A program made the translations under genes and the position numbers. Shown here one piece after another: positions 24,806 to 38,514 of a DNA stretch of 64,000 nt (within the stretch, counting starts at the first letter, position 1; the number at the start of each line of letters is the position of its first letter). The stretch lies in assembly GCF_001194135.2 (NCBI RefSeq), contig NC_068998.1, positions 22,728,008-22,792,007 of the forward strand. Direction: 5' to 3'. Origin of the DNA: Octopus bimaculoides. Its lineage: Eukaryota. A model generated the notes under the pieces. That model had not been told where the DNA came from and ran no database searches. It saw only the letters and a list, made by a program, of their open reading frames with translations.

Positions 24806-25732
24806 GAACTAATTAAAAAGGAATGTGCAGGGGTAAAGACAGAGGAACAAAAAAAATAGGAAGAGTGTTTTGGTGGTTTGCAGAGGGAGGCAAACAAAAG
24901 AAAATTAATTTCAGAGAAATGGTGAAGCGTAGTTTTATATCGTGTGGTCAAACTTGCGTAATTCAATATACTGCTTTTCTTTTTCTTTTTTAGTGACGTT
25001 GTAGGTAGGCAGGGAAATTGGTTTTAATTGGAAGGCCAGATGTTNNNNNNNNNNNNNNNNNNNNNNNNNNNNNNNNNNNNNNNNNNNNNNNNNNNNNNNN
25101 NNNNNNNNNNNNNNNNNNNNNNNNNNNNNNNNNNNNNNNNNNNNNNNNNNNNNNNNNNNNNNNNNNNNNNNNNNNNNNNNNNNNNNNNNNNNNNNNNNNN
25201 NNNNNNNNNNNNNNNNNNNNNNNNNNNNNNNNNNNNNNNNNNNNNNNNNNNNNNNNNNNNNNNNNNNNNNNNNNNNNNNNNNNNNNNNNNNNNNNNNNNN
25301 NNNNNNNNNNNNNNNNNNNNNNNNNNNNNNNNNNNNNNNNNNNNNNNNNNNNNNNNNNNNNNNNNNNNNNNNNNNNNNNNNNNNNNNNNNNNNNNNNNNN
25401 NNNNNNNNNNNNNNNNNNNNNNNNNNNNNNNNNNNNNNNNNNNNNNNNNNNNNNNNNNNNNNNNNNNNNNNNNNNNNNNNNNNNNNNNNNNNNNNNNNNN
25501 NNNNNNNNNNNNNNNNNNNNNNNNNNNNNNNNNNNNNNNNNNNNNNNNNNNNNNNNNNNNNNNNNNNNNNNNNNNNNNNNNNNNNNNNNNNNNNNCCATA
25601 GGCAATAAAACTCGAGACGAAATTCCTTTTGTACTCAAAACAAGCTACACATGCACCCAGACACAAGACTTCGTGTGTATGTGTGTGTTTGTGTGTGTGT
25701 GTGTATGTGTGTGTGTATGTGTGGATATCTCT

Positions 25733-25789
<57 letters not shown>

Positions 25790-26339
25790 GTTCAAAAAAA
25801 CAATAACAAAGAAACAAAAAAACAACAAAGTGAGGACGTGATATGGATAGTATTAGTGGACGCTCAGGGACACCGATAGTGCTTGCTCACTATCACCAAG
25901 CATCTCAATTCATTCGTTGCAACTGGTTTGTGATCGAGATATTTTATTTTACAAGGTTGAGAGCAGTAGGAAATTCTTCATAGTTTGCATCTTTCGTATT
26001 TCATTTTACAGATTGAATTGTCGATTCTATATCTTAAGTCTATATTTCACTGTTAGCTATTGCAATATTTCGACTGGATAAATCGAAATATTGCAAATAT
26101 GGAATTTAAAAAAGGCTTTTTCGACTGAGATTCAACATTCACGTCTATTTTTAAAAAATATATAATTTTTTGTATTTAATTCGTACAAGTATTTTTTAAA
26201 TATGTTTTTAAGGATTTTAACCTAACTTGAAATGGATATTTGTGGATATTTTAAACGTAGTTGTGAAAATCCCATGCCCCACTCCTCGGGGATTCGCTTT
26301 TCTCAATATCATTAAATGATTCGCCACATCACTTTGAAA

Positions 26340-26596
26340 GTTATAATAAAAAGAAATTGCGAGAAACCTCGTCAAAGCGGAGAAAATTCAACTTGAATGG
26401 ACAGCGGAATCTAGACCTTCGCTTTGCGTGTTTGAGTCTGGAGTTGTCCCCTAACATCGCTTGACAACAGGTGTTAGTTTGTTACGTACCTGTAAATTAG
26501 TGCTTCGGCAAAAAAAGACCCATAGAATAAGTACCAGGCATTACATAAAAATAAGTACTAGGGTCGCAGTCTAGTGATTGAAACAAGCAAAAAGAA
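26340..26596 (+). mobile_element. Degenerate SINE family B copy
   Basis: catcgcttgacaac...gtaaattagtgcttcggcaaaa...aataagtacc...ttgaaacaag. Confidence 0.7.
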
Positions 26597-26621
26597 GTTA
26601 AAAGTATATATATTTATTATT

Positions 26622-26693
26622 CTAACAACTGGACCCCAGGACTTGTTTATATTTATTGCCTGGTACTTATTATATCGGTCCCTTTCGCTGAAC
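26622..26693 (-). mobile_element. SINE family B fragment in inverted orientation
   Basis: Reverse complement reads gttcagcgaaagggaccgatataataagtaccaggc...gtcctggggtc. Confidence 0.7.
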
Positions 26694-26694
26694 A

Positions 26695-27170
26695 ACTCAT
26701 GGTGCACCATCGATGACTAGCTGTCATCAAGGCTTCATCGGTTATCTCAAAGTCCGTCTACCTAATGTCTTCACGATGCACTGCCTAATTCACCGACAAC
26801 ATCTTGTTGCACGAAATCTCAGTGGTCGTCTTCACGATTCCTTAAATACGGTCATCACTGCTGTGAATAAAATCAAATCACATGCCCTGAACTCACCTTT
26901 GAAAATGGTGAAAACTTTCAAAACTTGCTGCTCCACAGAGTGGTGAGGTGGTTATTACGGGGAAATTGTCTGAATCACTTTAAAGCTTTCTTAGATTCAG
27001 TAACGGACTTCTTTGATACCGCCGTCCCAAAACATAGTGTGAGGCTTAAAAGTATAAAGAAAGATATTGCATACTTGTCTGACTTATTGACTAAATTAAA
27101 CGAAGTAAATAAGAAGCTGCAATGAGATCGTACTAATCTCCTCAAAGTTAAGTCAACCATCTCAACATTT
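26695..27170 (+). pseudogene. hAT transposase fragment (Buster/Charlie; ZBED5/SCAND3-like family)
   Basis: T(H)GAPSM with catalytic D changed to H, HCLIHRQHL (CxxH), VNKIK, VRWL..G.CL, DIAYLSDL...LNEVNKKLQ; frameshifts and stops. Confidence 0.9.
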
Positions 27171-30100
27171 CGGTTTTCTTGCTGATGATAGCTGGCCTAG
27201 CAAATTATTTTATTTTGCTGAAAATAGCTTGAAACCATGGTACAGGAAATAGATGGTAAATGTTTGCATTATTCGTTCTCTTTCGAAATTATCACTTATT
27301 GTTGTTTGGAGTTTGACTGCTCCTTCTAGCGGGTTAGATGTATTATTATGCACATCACACCTCTTATGTGTTTAAATGTACTCTGTATTTATATAAATAA
27401 TATATAGTCCATTGACTAGTTTTTTTTACTCGTTAGACCACTGGTAGCAAAAAGAATTTCAAAATGTTTTTGCTACCCTGAAATATCAATAATAATATAT
27501 ATATATTACCATACTTATATATGTCTACTATAATAAGGTTGGAATGCCGAATATGATGATTATAGATAACCGTTTGTATGTTGGCAGAAATTATTTTAAT
27601 GATTAGAGATTAATTTTGTATGTTCTTTTAAGTATAACAAAGCATTAGGATGTCCTCATATATTTCTGTGACTTTTGGATTGCCTATGCGTTTGTATATA
27701 TACATGTATATGTGTGTATTTAAGCATCTTAATACTCTATGGAATATGTTTGCGAATGTAGATAAGTTACTATGCTTTCTTTGCATCCTCTTCTATGAAT
27801 TAAGAAATAAAGGTGTCTCCAGGGACAGCGAAGCTTAAAATATCTGTACCTTCAATATGAAGAACACAATACACGAGGACATCAACAATGCTGCCATTAG
27901 AGACTTATGTTCATGATAAAACCTTGCTAAGAATAACACTACTAAAATTGTCATACTATTAATATAGAAAATGAAAATATGGTATAGTTATTCTATTACA
28001 AAATCGTTTATCGACTACAAACAACATACACAAACGTCTACAGGCATACACTCACGTTCACAGTTGTTTATATAATCGAGTTATCAGTGAATATATTCAA
28101 AATAAATTTATAGAATACAAAAAAAACAATCGAAATGCCTCGTAATATAGATTGTAGCAACATATATGCATATATATATATATATATATATATATANNNN
28201 NNNNNNNNNNNNNNNNNNNNNNNNNNNNNNNNNNNNNNNNNNNNNNNNNNNNNNNNNNNNNNNNNNNNNNNNNNNNNNNNNNNNNNNNNNNNNNNNNNNN
28301 NNNNNNNNNNNNNNNNNNNNNNNNNNNNNNNNNNNNNNNNNNNNNNNNNNNNNNNNNNNNNNNNNNNNNNNNNNNNNNNNNNNNNNNNNNNNNNNNNNNN
28401 NNNNNNNNNNNNNNNNNNNNNNNNNNNNNNNNNNNNNNNNNNNNNNNNNNNNNNNNNNNNNNNNNNNNNNNNNNNNNNNNNNNNNNNNNATATATATATA
28501 TATATATATAAACAAATAGTAAATGAGTATTGAGTATATGCATATATATGTACAGGTATGTACATACCGACATCCACCTGTATGTATTGGTGCGTATCTG
28601 GGTGCAGAACATTGCAAACAAAACAGAGACGAGAAAACACACAAGCCACATAGAGAACATTCTGTGTAATATATATTTGTGTGTGTGTGTATATACGTAT
28701 ATACACATATGTATGTGTGTGCATATTATATTTTTACATCAGGCATTGTTTACGTTTCTTTCCCATATTATATATTTTTATAAATATAAAACGCAAGTTT
28801 GTTAGTTTCTTGTTTGCAAAACTGACTTTTCTTTATCTCTTTCTCATTATTTGGTTTGCTCTAAAATGCATAAAATATTTTCCTCTAAAATGCATTGGCG
28901 TCTCTATATATAAGTGAATATTAATACTTTATACGTTAGACCTTTTCAAGCGTTGCTATCACAGTACATTTCTCCATCTCTCTGCCCTACATCATGTCAT
29001 TTATTTCCAATGACAGTAAGAGATTTTTGTTTGTTCTTGCGGAAATTCATTGGATTAGAATATTCCATATAGATTAATGAAGGTTCTGTACCATGTTGCC
29101 TGATTAATTTCATATCTCTTTCAAGTATGTACGATTTGTAATTTCCCTTATTTTATTTTGTTATTCCATTTAACATTTACACATTTAACATTAACATTTA
29201 TACATTTCTCAACAAAAAAAATATCCTATACACACACATTTCATACTCCCGATGTTTTAATTACTATGACTATATGGAAAACAGTACTGTTTGACAAAGA
29301 TTTAACTCTATAGTATGAAGATGATACTGTATCGAAGTAGTTTCAACGGAATTGACTATGTACAGAATTGTTACAGTAAAACTTGCGTTGTTAAAATTTA
29401 TGTTTATATATGACTGGCAAAGTTTTCTGTATATTTAGGTGCACGGAAAAACACCATAGTAGTTATACATTTTATAACGTGCAACTCTGTCATTGCTTTC
29501 TCCAATAAAGCGGTTAGGGCCAATTGACGTTTTGCAAAAACAATGCTACAATTGAAGAATCCTGACCTACTTTCAATTATCTTATACACAGATACGATAC
29601 AGATGCATGTGCTCCAATACATTCCTGTACATCATCTGTTACAACATTTCAAGACAGCTTGGGAGTTGAATGTGGCTAAAGGTTGATTAGATGTCCAATA
29701 TATAATGCAACTTACACATTTCTGTTTCAACCACAACGGTTTGTTGTCGTACAACATTGACCTATGGGCCAGCAGTGTAACATGAATTTAAATACTTCCA
29801 TAATTTAGAGATATTGAGGATTTCTTTCAGCAGATCATTTGTAAGATCTGACTGACCATAAATTCTTCATATATTCTAACACCTTGTAGCACTGGTTCAA
29901 GCTTAAGCAATCTAATGTAATCAGTACTTAGGTCACGTGACATTAACTGCTTGTTTTTCACGGATATACTTCTCTGAGGAGAATTCGAAAATCAATTGTC
30001 TTCACGTATAAATCCATTTTCCATAAAATCTTTGCTTTCTAGTTGAATGTACTAATCAGCTCAGTTACATTAGAAATTACAATCAGTACAGTGATGATAA

Positions 30101-30623
30101 GCGTGCAGCAAACACAAATCACTAATGTACTGTCCCAGTTGTTTGTACATATCTACACAGACCTGAAGCGTAGATACACAAGTGACACGATCTCAAAAAT
30201 GACAAGGAGAGATTATTCTCACATAAACGCGCAACGATAAAGAATTCTTAATGATGATCATATATTTTGAATATAAAATAGATGCAGCTTTAAGTTCTGG
30301 CGTTCGTATTATGCTGGCTGCGGGGAGAAATGTGCCGTTTACGATAGCCAAAAAGCGATGGCAAAATATTACGCTTTGTACAAATAAAAAATTATCGTCT
30401 CAGCTATCGACTACCATTAAGCATACCTAATTAGATGTACGTCATGAACCCGTCTGCCGAAGACCGTACATTTTTGTAGATTTTCAGATGAACTGCCGCA
30501 AGTAAAAATTCACTATATGGTGATTATATTTTCTAATATATATATTAGCATAATGAGTTGAATCATATCTGTGTATAAATCTAATCGGCTTAATTATATA
30601 CTCTAAATTGAGAAATCTCATGA

Positions 30624-30830
30624 GACGAAGATTTGACGGAATTGTTAGCACGCTGAGCAAAAGTATTGGCGGTATTTCGCCCGTCTTCACATTCTGAGTG
30701 CAAAGTCGAATTTGTTTTTCATGATTTCTAGGTCGATAAAATAAGTACCAGTTGAAGACTGGGCTAGATATAATCGATTTAAACCCTCTCTAGAAATGTC
30801 TGGCCCTGTCACGCAATTTTAAACAAATAT
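30624..30830 (+). mobile_element. SINE, family A
   Basis: gttagcacgctgagcaaa...ggcggtatttcg...ttctgagt...ggtcgataaaataagtaccagtt...tataatcgat. Confidence 0.8.
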
Positions 30831-31026
30831 TAATGAATAAATCTCTGATGTATTCAATACTCTATCTTGTAGTGCGTTATCAGGATACTAATTCTACGAT
30901 CTATACGTACGTGAGGAAACACCCATAAAAATACGCATGTATATCCTTTTTCATGAAAGCTGTCAAGCGGATGCGTCGACGTCAAAAATGAAAAATTGTT
31001 TATATATACAAAAAATTGTTTATCAA

Positions 31027-31067
<41 letters not shown>

Positions 31068-32804
31068 NNNNNNNNNNNNNNNNNNNNNNNNNNNNNNNNN
31101 NNNNNNNNNNNNNNNNNNNNNNNNNNNNNNNNNNNNNNNNNNNNNNNNNNNNNNNNNNNNNNNNNNNNNNNNNNNNNNNNNNNNNNNNNNNNNNNNNNNN
31201 NNNNNNNNNNNNNNNNNNNNNNNNNNNNNNNNNNNNNNNNNNNNNNNNNNNNNNNNNNNNNNNNNNNNNNNNNNNNNNNNNNNNNNNNNNNNNNNNNNNN
31301 NNNNNNNNNNNNNNNNNNNNNNNNNNNNNNNNNNNNNNNNNNNNNNNNNNNNNNNNNNNNNNNNNNNNNNNNNNNNNNNNNNNNNNNNNNNNNNNNNNNN
31401 NNNNNNNNNNNNNNNNNNNNNNNNNNNNNNNNNNNNNNNNNNNNNNNNNNNNNNNNNNNNNNNNNNNNNNNNNNNNNNNNNNNNNNNNNTATATATATAT
31501 ATATGCATTCTTCACAGAACTCTTGCCGATAGAATGATATCAGTGAAACATGAACTCACTCAGTGGTTAATATTATTTCAATATGTAATTAAATTTGCGT
31601 GTTGATAATGCTTTAATTTAATTTCTTACACAGATAAAGAACAATTTCATAAATAATAATTAGCTCATTAGTGTGACTTATTGTTTCAAAATGAATTTGT
31701 ATTGACTGACTTATAAGATGTTGCAACATTCAAGTATGAAATAATGAATATTGTTTCCATTTGTTAGTTTTATTTGTGAATATGTCTTCAATTTTTTCTT
31801 TCAAACACCATAATTAAAAAGATCTATGTTACTATTGTTTTATGATAATATTTTAATATTGTAATACCGTTGTATACTTCAAGTTTCCTATGCCACAATC
31901 GAAAATTATGGGGCGAAAAAGAGCAAGAACAAAACAATATGAAAATTCATAAACACAACAACATATAAACAAAATGAAAGTTTATCAATGCCTAAAATAT
32001 TAGATTACTACCAGATTGAATTCAACTAATTTTCAGCAATAGAATAAGCATATTGTTAGACACTACTATAGAAAATTTGAGACCTTAGAATTATTTCCAG
32101 TTAATTTAGAGTTTTACAATGATCAATAATGATAGCGCTGCTAACATATTAACTTTTGGTGAAATTAGAATATATTTTCCATCGATTTCCGTAGTCAATG
32201 AAATTATTTAAAGTGAAATACACCACAAAGCCTTTATTTCATAACACAGGCAAATCCAAAAATAAGTATGGCAGGTAATGTACACAGGAAAAATATAAGG
32301 GCAATATCGCACACATATTTACACCCACAGACGTACGCATACAAACACAAGTGCGCGCTAATTATGAAACATGTTCAAATGGCTGACACATCACCAATTG
32401 TCGATATGAATAAAGTCCTATCGCTGTGCACTTTTTACCAAGGCAGAGACAGTGTTTGTGGGAACAAACACCAGTAACTCAACGAAAAGATAGGAAGGTA
32501 GCGGCTGCAGAGAGGAAAATAGAATAAAAAAATGTGGGAGAAAGTGTGTATGTAAGAGTGCTTCAGAGAGTTTAAGAGGAGCGGTAGGCCGATGCACATA
32601 TTCCAATCATTGACACATTTGAGAATTATGCGCTGTTCGCAATGGGTCACTGGCCCAAATTAATAAGAATGTAGTACGTTGTTATATAGTTTAAACCACA
32701 GCAAACATTCACTGGACTAATTGGATACAAGTGCGATGAGACATATGGTCATCTGTTTTACATTATGTAAAGAAACAAAAGTAACTATGAAAAATTAATA
32801 ACGC

Positions 32805-33035
<231 letters not shown>

Positions 33036-33485
33036 NNNNNNNNNNNNNNNNNNNNNNNNNNNNNNNNNNNNNNNNNNNNNNNNNNNNNNNNNNNNNNNNN
33101 NNNNNNNNNNNNNNNNNNNNNNNNNNNNNNNNNNNNNNNNNNNNNNNNNNNNNNNNNNNNNNNNNNNNNNNNNNNNNNNNNNNNNNNNNNNNNNNNNNNN
33201 NNNNNNNNNNNNNNNNNNNNNNNNNNNNNNNNNNNNNNNNNNNNNNNNNNNNNNNNNNNNNNNNNNNNNNNNNNNNNNNNNNNNNNNNNNNNNNNNNNNN
33301 NNNNNNNNNNNNNNNNNNNNNNNNNNNNNNNNNNNNNNNNNNNNNNNNNNNNNNNNNNNNNNNNNNNNNNNNNNNNNNNNNNNNNNNNNNNNNNNNNNNN
33401 NNNNNNNNNNNNNNNNNNNNNNNNNNNNNNNNNNNNNNNNNNNNNNNNNNNNNNNNNNNNNNNNNNNNNNNNNNNNNNNNNNNNN

Positions 33486-34235
33486 NGTTTCGTGCATTCT
33501 GCACCGTACACTAAATGGGAATCTTTGCAGGTTCCCCCTTCTGTATAAATCATAACATTTCTATTATGATTTTTGATGGTATTCACTTCACTCTTGTTGC
33601 ACAATGAACAGGGCTTACCTCTCTTGCGGCTGTTCTTTAAGGTACAGCGTGTAGATACTGCAATGTTCGTTTTCTTGGAGTCAGATATAGAGGTCAATAA
33701 TTCTTTTATGTTCTTATTCCGTCGAAAGGCTACAATGGGCAGCTGAAGAAATGTTTGTTTGAAACTGGGATATTTTTCGCCACATGTAGGTAACTTTCAT
33801 GCAACACTTTTGAAATGCCAGCGAAACGTCGGTGCCAGTTAATCACTAAAGGAATTCTGTAATGTGTTGCATTTTGTTTGCTAAGATTAGGCGTGTAGGT
33901 TTGACTATCTTTGCTAATCTTAGCTATTTCACTTGCTATTTCCTTTAATCGTGATTTACTGTAACCTCGTTTGACATAATGACCTACAAAAGCATTTGCA
34001 TGTTTCCAGTAATCCCCTATGTCAGTGCAAATCCGTTTTATCCTCAAAAATTGGGATTTCGGATTTGACCGAATAAGNNNNNNNNNNTGCAAATCCGTTT
34101 TATCCTCAAAAATTGGGATTTCGGATTTGACCGAATAAGATGATGTGGATGATCGGAGCGGCGGTGGAGATATATGTGGGAAGACGTTGGCTTGCCAAAT
34201 AACTCTGTCTTGATTTTAGCACGAAAACGATTAAG

Positions 34236-34238
<3 letters not shown>
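33486..34238 (-). mobile_element. Second Penelope-like fragment, same family as 13357-14940
   Basis: Colinear with ~13640-14310 (KTELFGKPTSSHIYLHRRSDH...SQFLRIKRIC...EGGTCKDSHLVYGAECTK); 3' end lost in the gap. Confidence 0.9.
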
Positions 34239-34313
<75 letters not shown>

Positions 34314-34327
34314 CATCATCATCATCA
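34239..34327. repeat. (ATT)n(ATC)n microsatellite between the Penelope-like and Dong-like elements
   Basis: Direct read. Confidence 0.95.
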
Positions 34328-34329
34328 CT

Positions 34330-35245
34330 ATTGGTCCGACTGCAGGGTGTCGTTATGCAGCAAGCGACTAGAAAATATAGCGTAGATGGAACAAAAAATC
34401 AATGTTGTGGTCATGGAGTTTTACTACCTGAACAACCCAGTAGACGAAAATGGTTTCCATTTTAGGAGATAGCGCCAACGTATGTAGGGTCAATGGAGAG
34501 AAAGAGGATTGTTTTAATTCATGTAGTAGAGATTATGGGATCAAGCTAGAGCAATCAGAAGAAATCGTTGGTTCAAAGAAGTAGAGCTCGAACCTGTCAG
34601 AAGACGAATATTGGAAACCAGCAGCAGAGGAAACGATGAAAATACAGTTCCTAATGACAAAAGTAATCTCATAGTAGAAAACAGAGGTGAAATGTCTAAT
34701 AAACCACGGGTAATGAACAGTTATAACTGATGTACCAACGATCAAATCCTGGTAGCAAAACTGTACTTACAGGCTGCAAGTGGAGAAAAACTAATTTAGT
34801 GATGTCATATATCGATTATAAAAAGGCCTACAACAGATCACACATTCTCGGATTATGGAATGCATGAATCCATTTGGTATTGCATCGAATGTTGAGCGAT
34901 TGCTTGGAAATAATATGGCGAAGTGGAGGACGGAACTGACAGTATATGGAAGAAGTTTAGGGACAAGAGATATCAAGGGAGGCATCTTCTAAGTGGACTG
35001 CCTATCCCCACTGAACGTTGCACTGTGCAAGATAACACGGATACTGAGGAAAGCAAAGGCTGGGTATGTATTTAATAGCCGACAACAAAAGTCAACCACT
35101 TGTTATTCATGGATGGCCTCAAACATTATGGTAAAGACGAATCCCAAGTCAGTTCCTCGTTGATACGGCATATTACCTTAGTTCAATGGTAGTGAACAGC
35201 TGACACCGTCGTACACCTCCAGCATTTAAAGCTACAAAAAGACAG
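34330..35245 (+). mobile_element. Internally deleted R4/Dong-like LINE (N-terminus, RT core, 3' UTR)
   Basis: RWNKKINVVVMEFYY...RLWDQARAIRRN; 34620-34680 matches 6048-6105; RT DYKKAY to LFMD(G)LK; then jumps to the 3' UTR ttaccttagttca..gaacagctgacac shared with 8875-8905; (AAT)n tail at 35247-35315. Confidence 0.85.
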
Positions 35246-35247
35246 TA

Positions 35248-35315
<68 letters not shown>

Positions 35316-35317
<2 letters not shown>

Positions 35318-36025
35318 GCACTTGAGAATGAATGAAACTGAAAATACGTAAGAATGCATGGTCAATTTCATAGGGATGTTGAAGATAAGACAGACAGAGA
35401 ACAAAGGTGGCAGTGGATGACTGAAAGTGATTTAAAACCGGAAACGTAGACTCTAATCTGTGCTGCCCAAAAGCGAACATGAAGAACGAATTACATCAAA
35501 TTTAGAATAGACAACAAATCAGAATATGAGAAGTGCAGAAGTTGTGGACAAAATGGTGAAACTGCATGGCATATTACAGGTCAATGTACGCCACTAGTCC
35601 AGAAGGTTTTATCATAGCAGCACAAGAACAAAGCTTGGCTTACCACAAGAACATAATGAACGATGGCACTGACCCGAAATTCAGAATGTGTCATGAGCAG
35701 GATGAAACAATGGACCACATCTTAACTGGAATCACAGCTCTTGCAAAAACCGAGTATATTCATAGACACGATAGAGTAGCGAAATATACCTATTGGAAGA
35801 TATGTAAACACTACCAGCTTCCAACTTCAGAAAGATGGTACCAGTTTAAAGCTGAAACTGTTACCGGAAATGATGATGTAACGGTACTCTGGAACATGCC
35901 AATCTACACTGATAAACAGTCCGGACATAATCATCAAAGATGGTAAGAATAACAAATGCTTAATGAGAGATGTGACAGTACCATCAGAGAGAAATGTGTC
36001 CATCAAAGCAGTTGCAAAATTCTGA
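35316..36025 (+). mobile_element. Two abutting R4/Dong-like fragments (zinc-knuckle and RLE regions, two subfamilies)
   Basis: 35316-35606 matches ~8085-8370 (HGQFHRDVE, LKPET, CRSCG..ET..HI...C); 35607-36025 reads FIIAAQEQSL...RMCHEQDETMDHILTG...RHDRVA...VLWNMPIYTD. Confidence 0.85.
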
Positions 36026-37047
36026 ACACCGCACCTTAAAACTCTACGATGAGTCGAATTTTGTTAGAATCATTAAAAGACCTATAGTATTTCTTCCAAT
36101 ATTTTAATCTCCAAATTGAAATCAGATATTTTGTTTCCTTAATTTGCCCAGTCCAGTTCCTTGGATCGAAAATTTTGAGTCATAATTAGGTACAGAAACA
36201 ATATAATAAACCAATACCTATTCCTTAAGTGTGAGCCTTTTGCCTATTCACAACGCTACGTCAATATTTGCGTCTTGGCAAAATCTGTCTAACTTATAGG
36301 CAGATATAAATTAAAACAACGCTCTGATATTCATCTAACTCTACCGGGAGCGTACATGTCAAACGAAGAAGAGTTCGTTCACACAGAAAATGATATAATT
36401 GTAAATCATCGATATCAACCTTCTCAAGTACACAGCTACTATAAGATCTTGGAAGAGATATCGTTAGAGAAAGCGACACATATCATTAAAATCGCTATAC
36501 AATGTCATCATTCATTCTTGTATAGCAAAAAAAAAAAGCAAAAAAAAAAACGTCACATTGAATTATATAATCAGGACAATAACAATCTAAAACACAGATA
36601 TTCTAAGTGTGAAAATGACTTTTACCATTGGCTCGCTCGATAAATTGCAGTAAAAAATTTGCAGTTGTCATGTGTAAACTTGTTATTTCAAGTCTAGTTG
36701 AAAACTTTTGCAAAATCCAACACCGAAAGCGTCAATAGGTTTCATTAACATTGAAGAAAGGGAGAGGAAAAGGAGAAAATATTTTCTCTTTTATTTTGTT
36801 TCTGCAACTCTTTTAATTAATTTGAAAATATCTTCAAAATACGTCTTACTTCTGATTTCATTACCAATCAGTTTTGTTATATACTTAATCTGCTTTCAGC
36901 TTATTTTCTTAGCAGAGATTTCACATAGATCTAATTTGCCATCTTTTATCAGTTGCATACTATTACTTCTCACTTAATTCCTGTCGAATGTTATTTTCAA
37001 GGTTTCTGTAGAATATATGGCAAATTGCATATTTACGTGCTAAGATA

Positions 37048-37083
<36 letters not shown>

Positions 37084-37449
37084 TGTAGGTGTGCGTGCGT
37101 GTGTGTATGTGTGTGTGAGTTTATAAATATAATTATCTATATATATATATATGTATATGTACATATATATGTATCTCCCTCTCTGTCTCTCTCAATCTCT
37201 CTCTCTCTCTCTCTCTATCTCTATCTCTGTATATACACACACACGTTCCCAAAAGCCCCGCGATAAGTGAAAATCTGCGATGTAGAAACTATACTCTAGC
37301 GTATATTCTTTTTTAATTATTTTATAATTTGGATATATTTGTCTTATTATAAATGCCAAACAACACCACGGAGAAACCAACGTAAGCTTAGATAATAAAC
37401 CGCTATATGTGAACTGTAGTAGCTGAACAGTGATATGGCGAGAGATTAC

Positions 37450-37483
<34 letters not shown>

Positions 37484-38478
37484 AGTCAGTAAATAGTGGG
37501 GTTGTGTTAACCGCACGTGGAGAAATAATAGGAAAATGAAAAAAAAAGAAAAAATCTTTATTAAATTATGCTTCCAGTTCAGCATTCTGGCTTCTTNNNN
37601 NNNNNNNNNNNNNNNNNNNNNNNNNNNNNNNNNNNNNNNNNNNNNNNNNNNNNNNNNNNNNNNNNNNNNNNNNNNNNNNNNNNNNNNNNNNNNNNNNNNN
37701 NNNNNNNNNNNNNNNNNNNNNNNNNNNNNNNNNNNNNNNNNNNNNNNNNNNNNNNNNNNNNNNNNNNTATATATATATATATATTAATATTGTTATTATT
37801 ATGAGGACAATACAAATAGTTTATAATAACAACAGTATTAATATAGGTGGTTCCAGGCCCAAATGAGCAGTATAGAGCTATATAATAAAAAATTAAGTTA
37901 ATCATAAGGGCACGTAAATGTGTCTACCCGCTAGAAATGAAAGTTAAAGCCCTCACTTCGACTACCCAAAATTTTACACTGGAAATAGCAGGTTCAGCAT
38001 TATGCTACCTACGATCGAGCAGATCGAAAAGATATCTCACATACCTATATAGCATAAAGCTATATATTTAATGGTGCAGGTATACAAGTGGATCGGTTTG
38101 TGGTTTGATACAAATATCTTGCCTTCTTCAGTATATCTTAAGCCTTTGAAAGGGTAGAAACCTTCATGTGTCCTTATGCTTAACATAATTTTAATTATAT
38201 ATATATATGTAATCAATTAAAAATAATACAGATAAAAGAACAAACAAACAAACGTGGGAGCGTAGCACAAGCAATATATTACTATGATGCATAGAGAAGA
38301 AAGAGAGGTGTTTTACGTTTCGAGGATACTTCTTGTTCGGCAACAGGAAAAACAAGAAAGTCCAAGTGGAAAAGAAGGAAGGAGTAAAACACCACCTTCC
38401 ATGTGGGTTTAGAATTTTGTACTTAATATATATACATACATACATACACACATACATATACATACACACACACACACA

Positions 38479-38514
<36 letters not shown>

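Noticed and set aside
29400-30050. Minus-strand region with several 50-70-codon open stretches
   Set aside because: No recognisable motif and no consistent splice signals.
34026-34139. Exact 52-bp direct repeat on either side of a 10-N gap
   Set aside because: Typical unmerged contig overlap; an assembly artefact rather than biology.
34330-34370. Possible pseudoknot (CTGCA/TGCAG with GTCGTT/AGCGAC) at the LINE 5' end, suggesting an HDV-like ribozyme
   Set aside because: I could not assign the P1, P3, P4 and J4/2 elements; short stems arise by chance and the segment may be coding.
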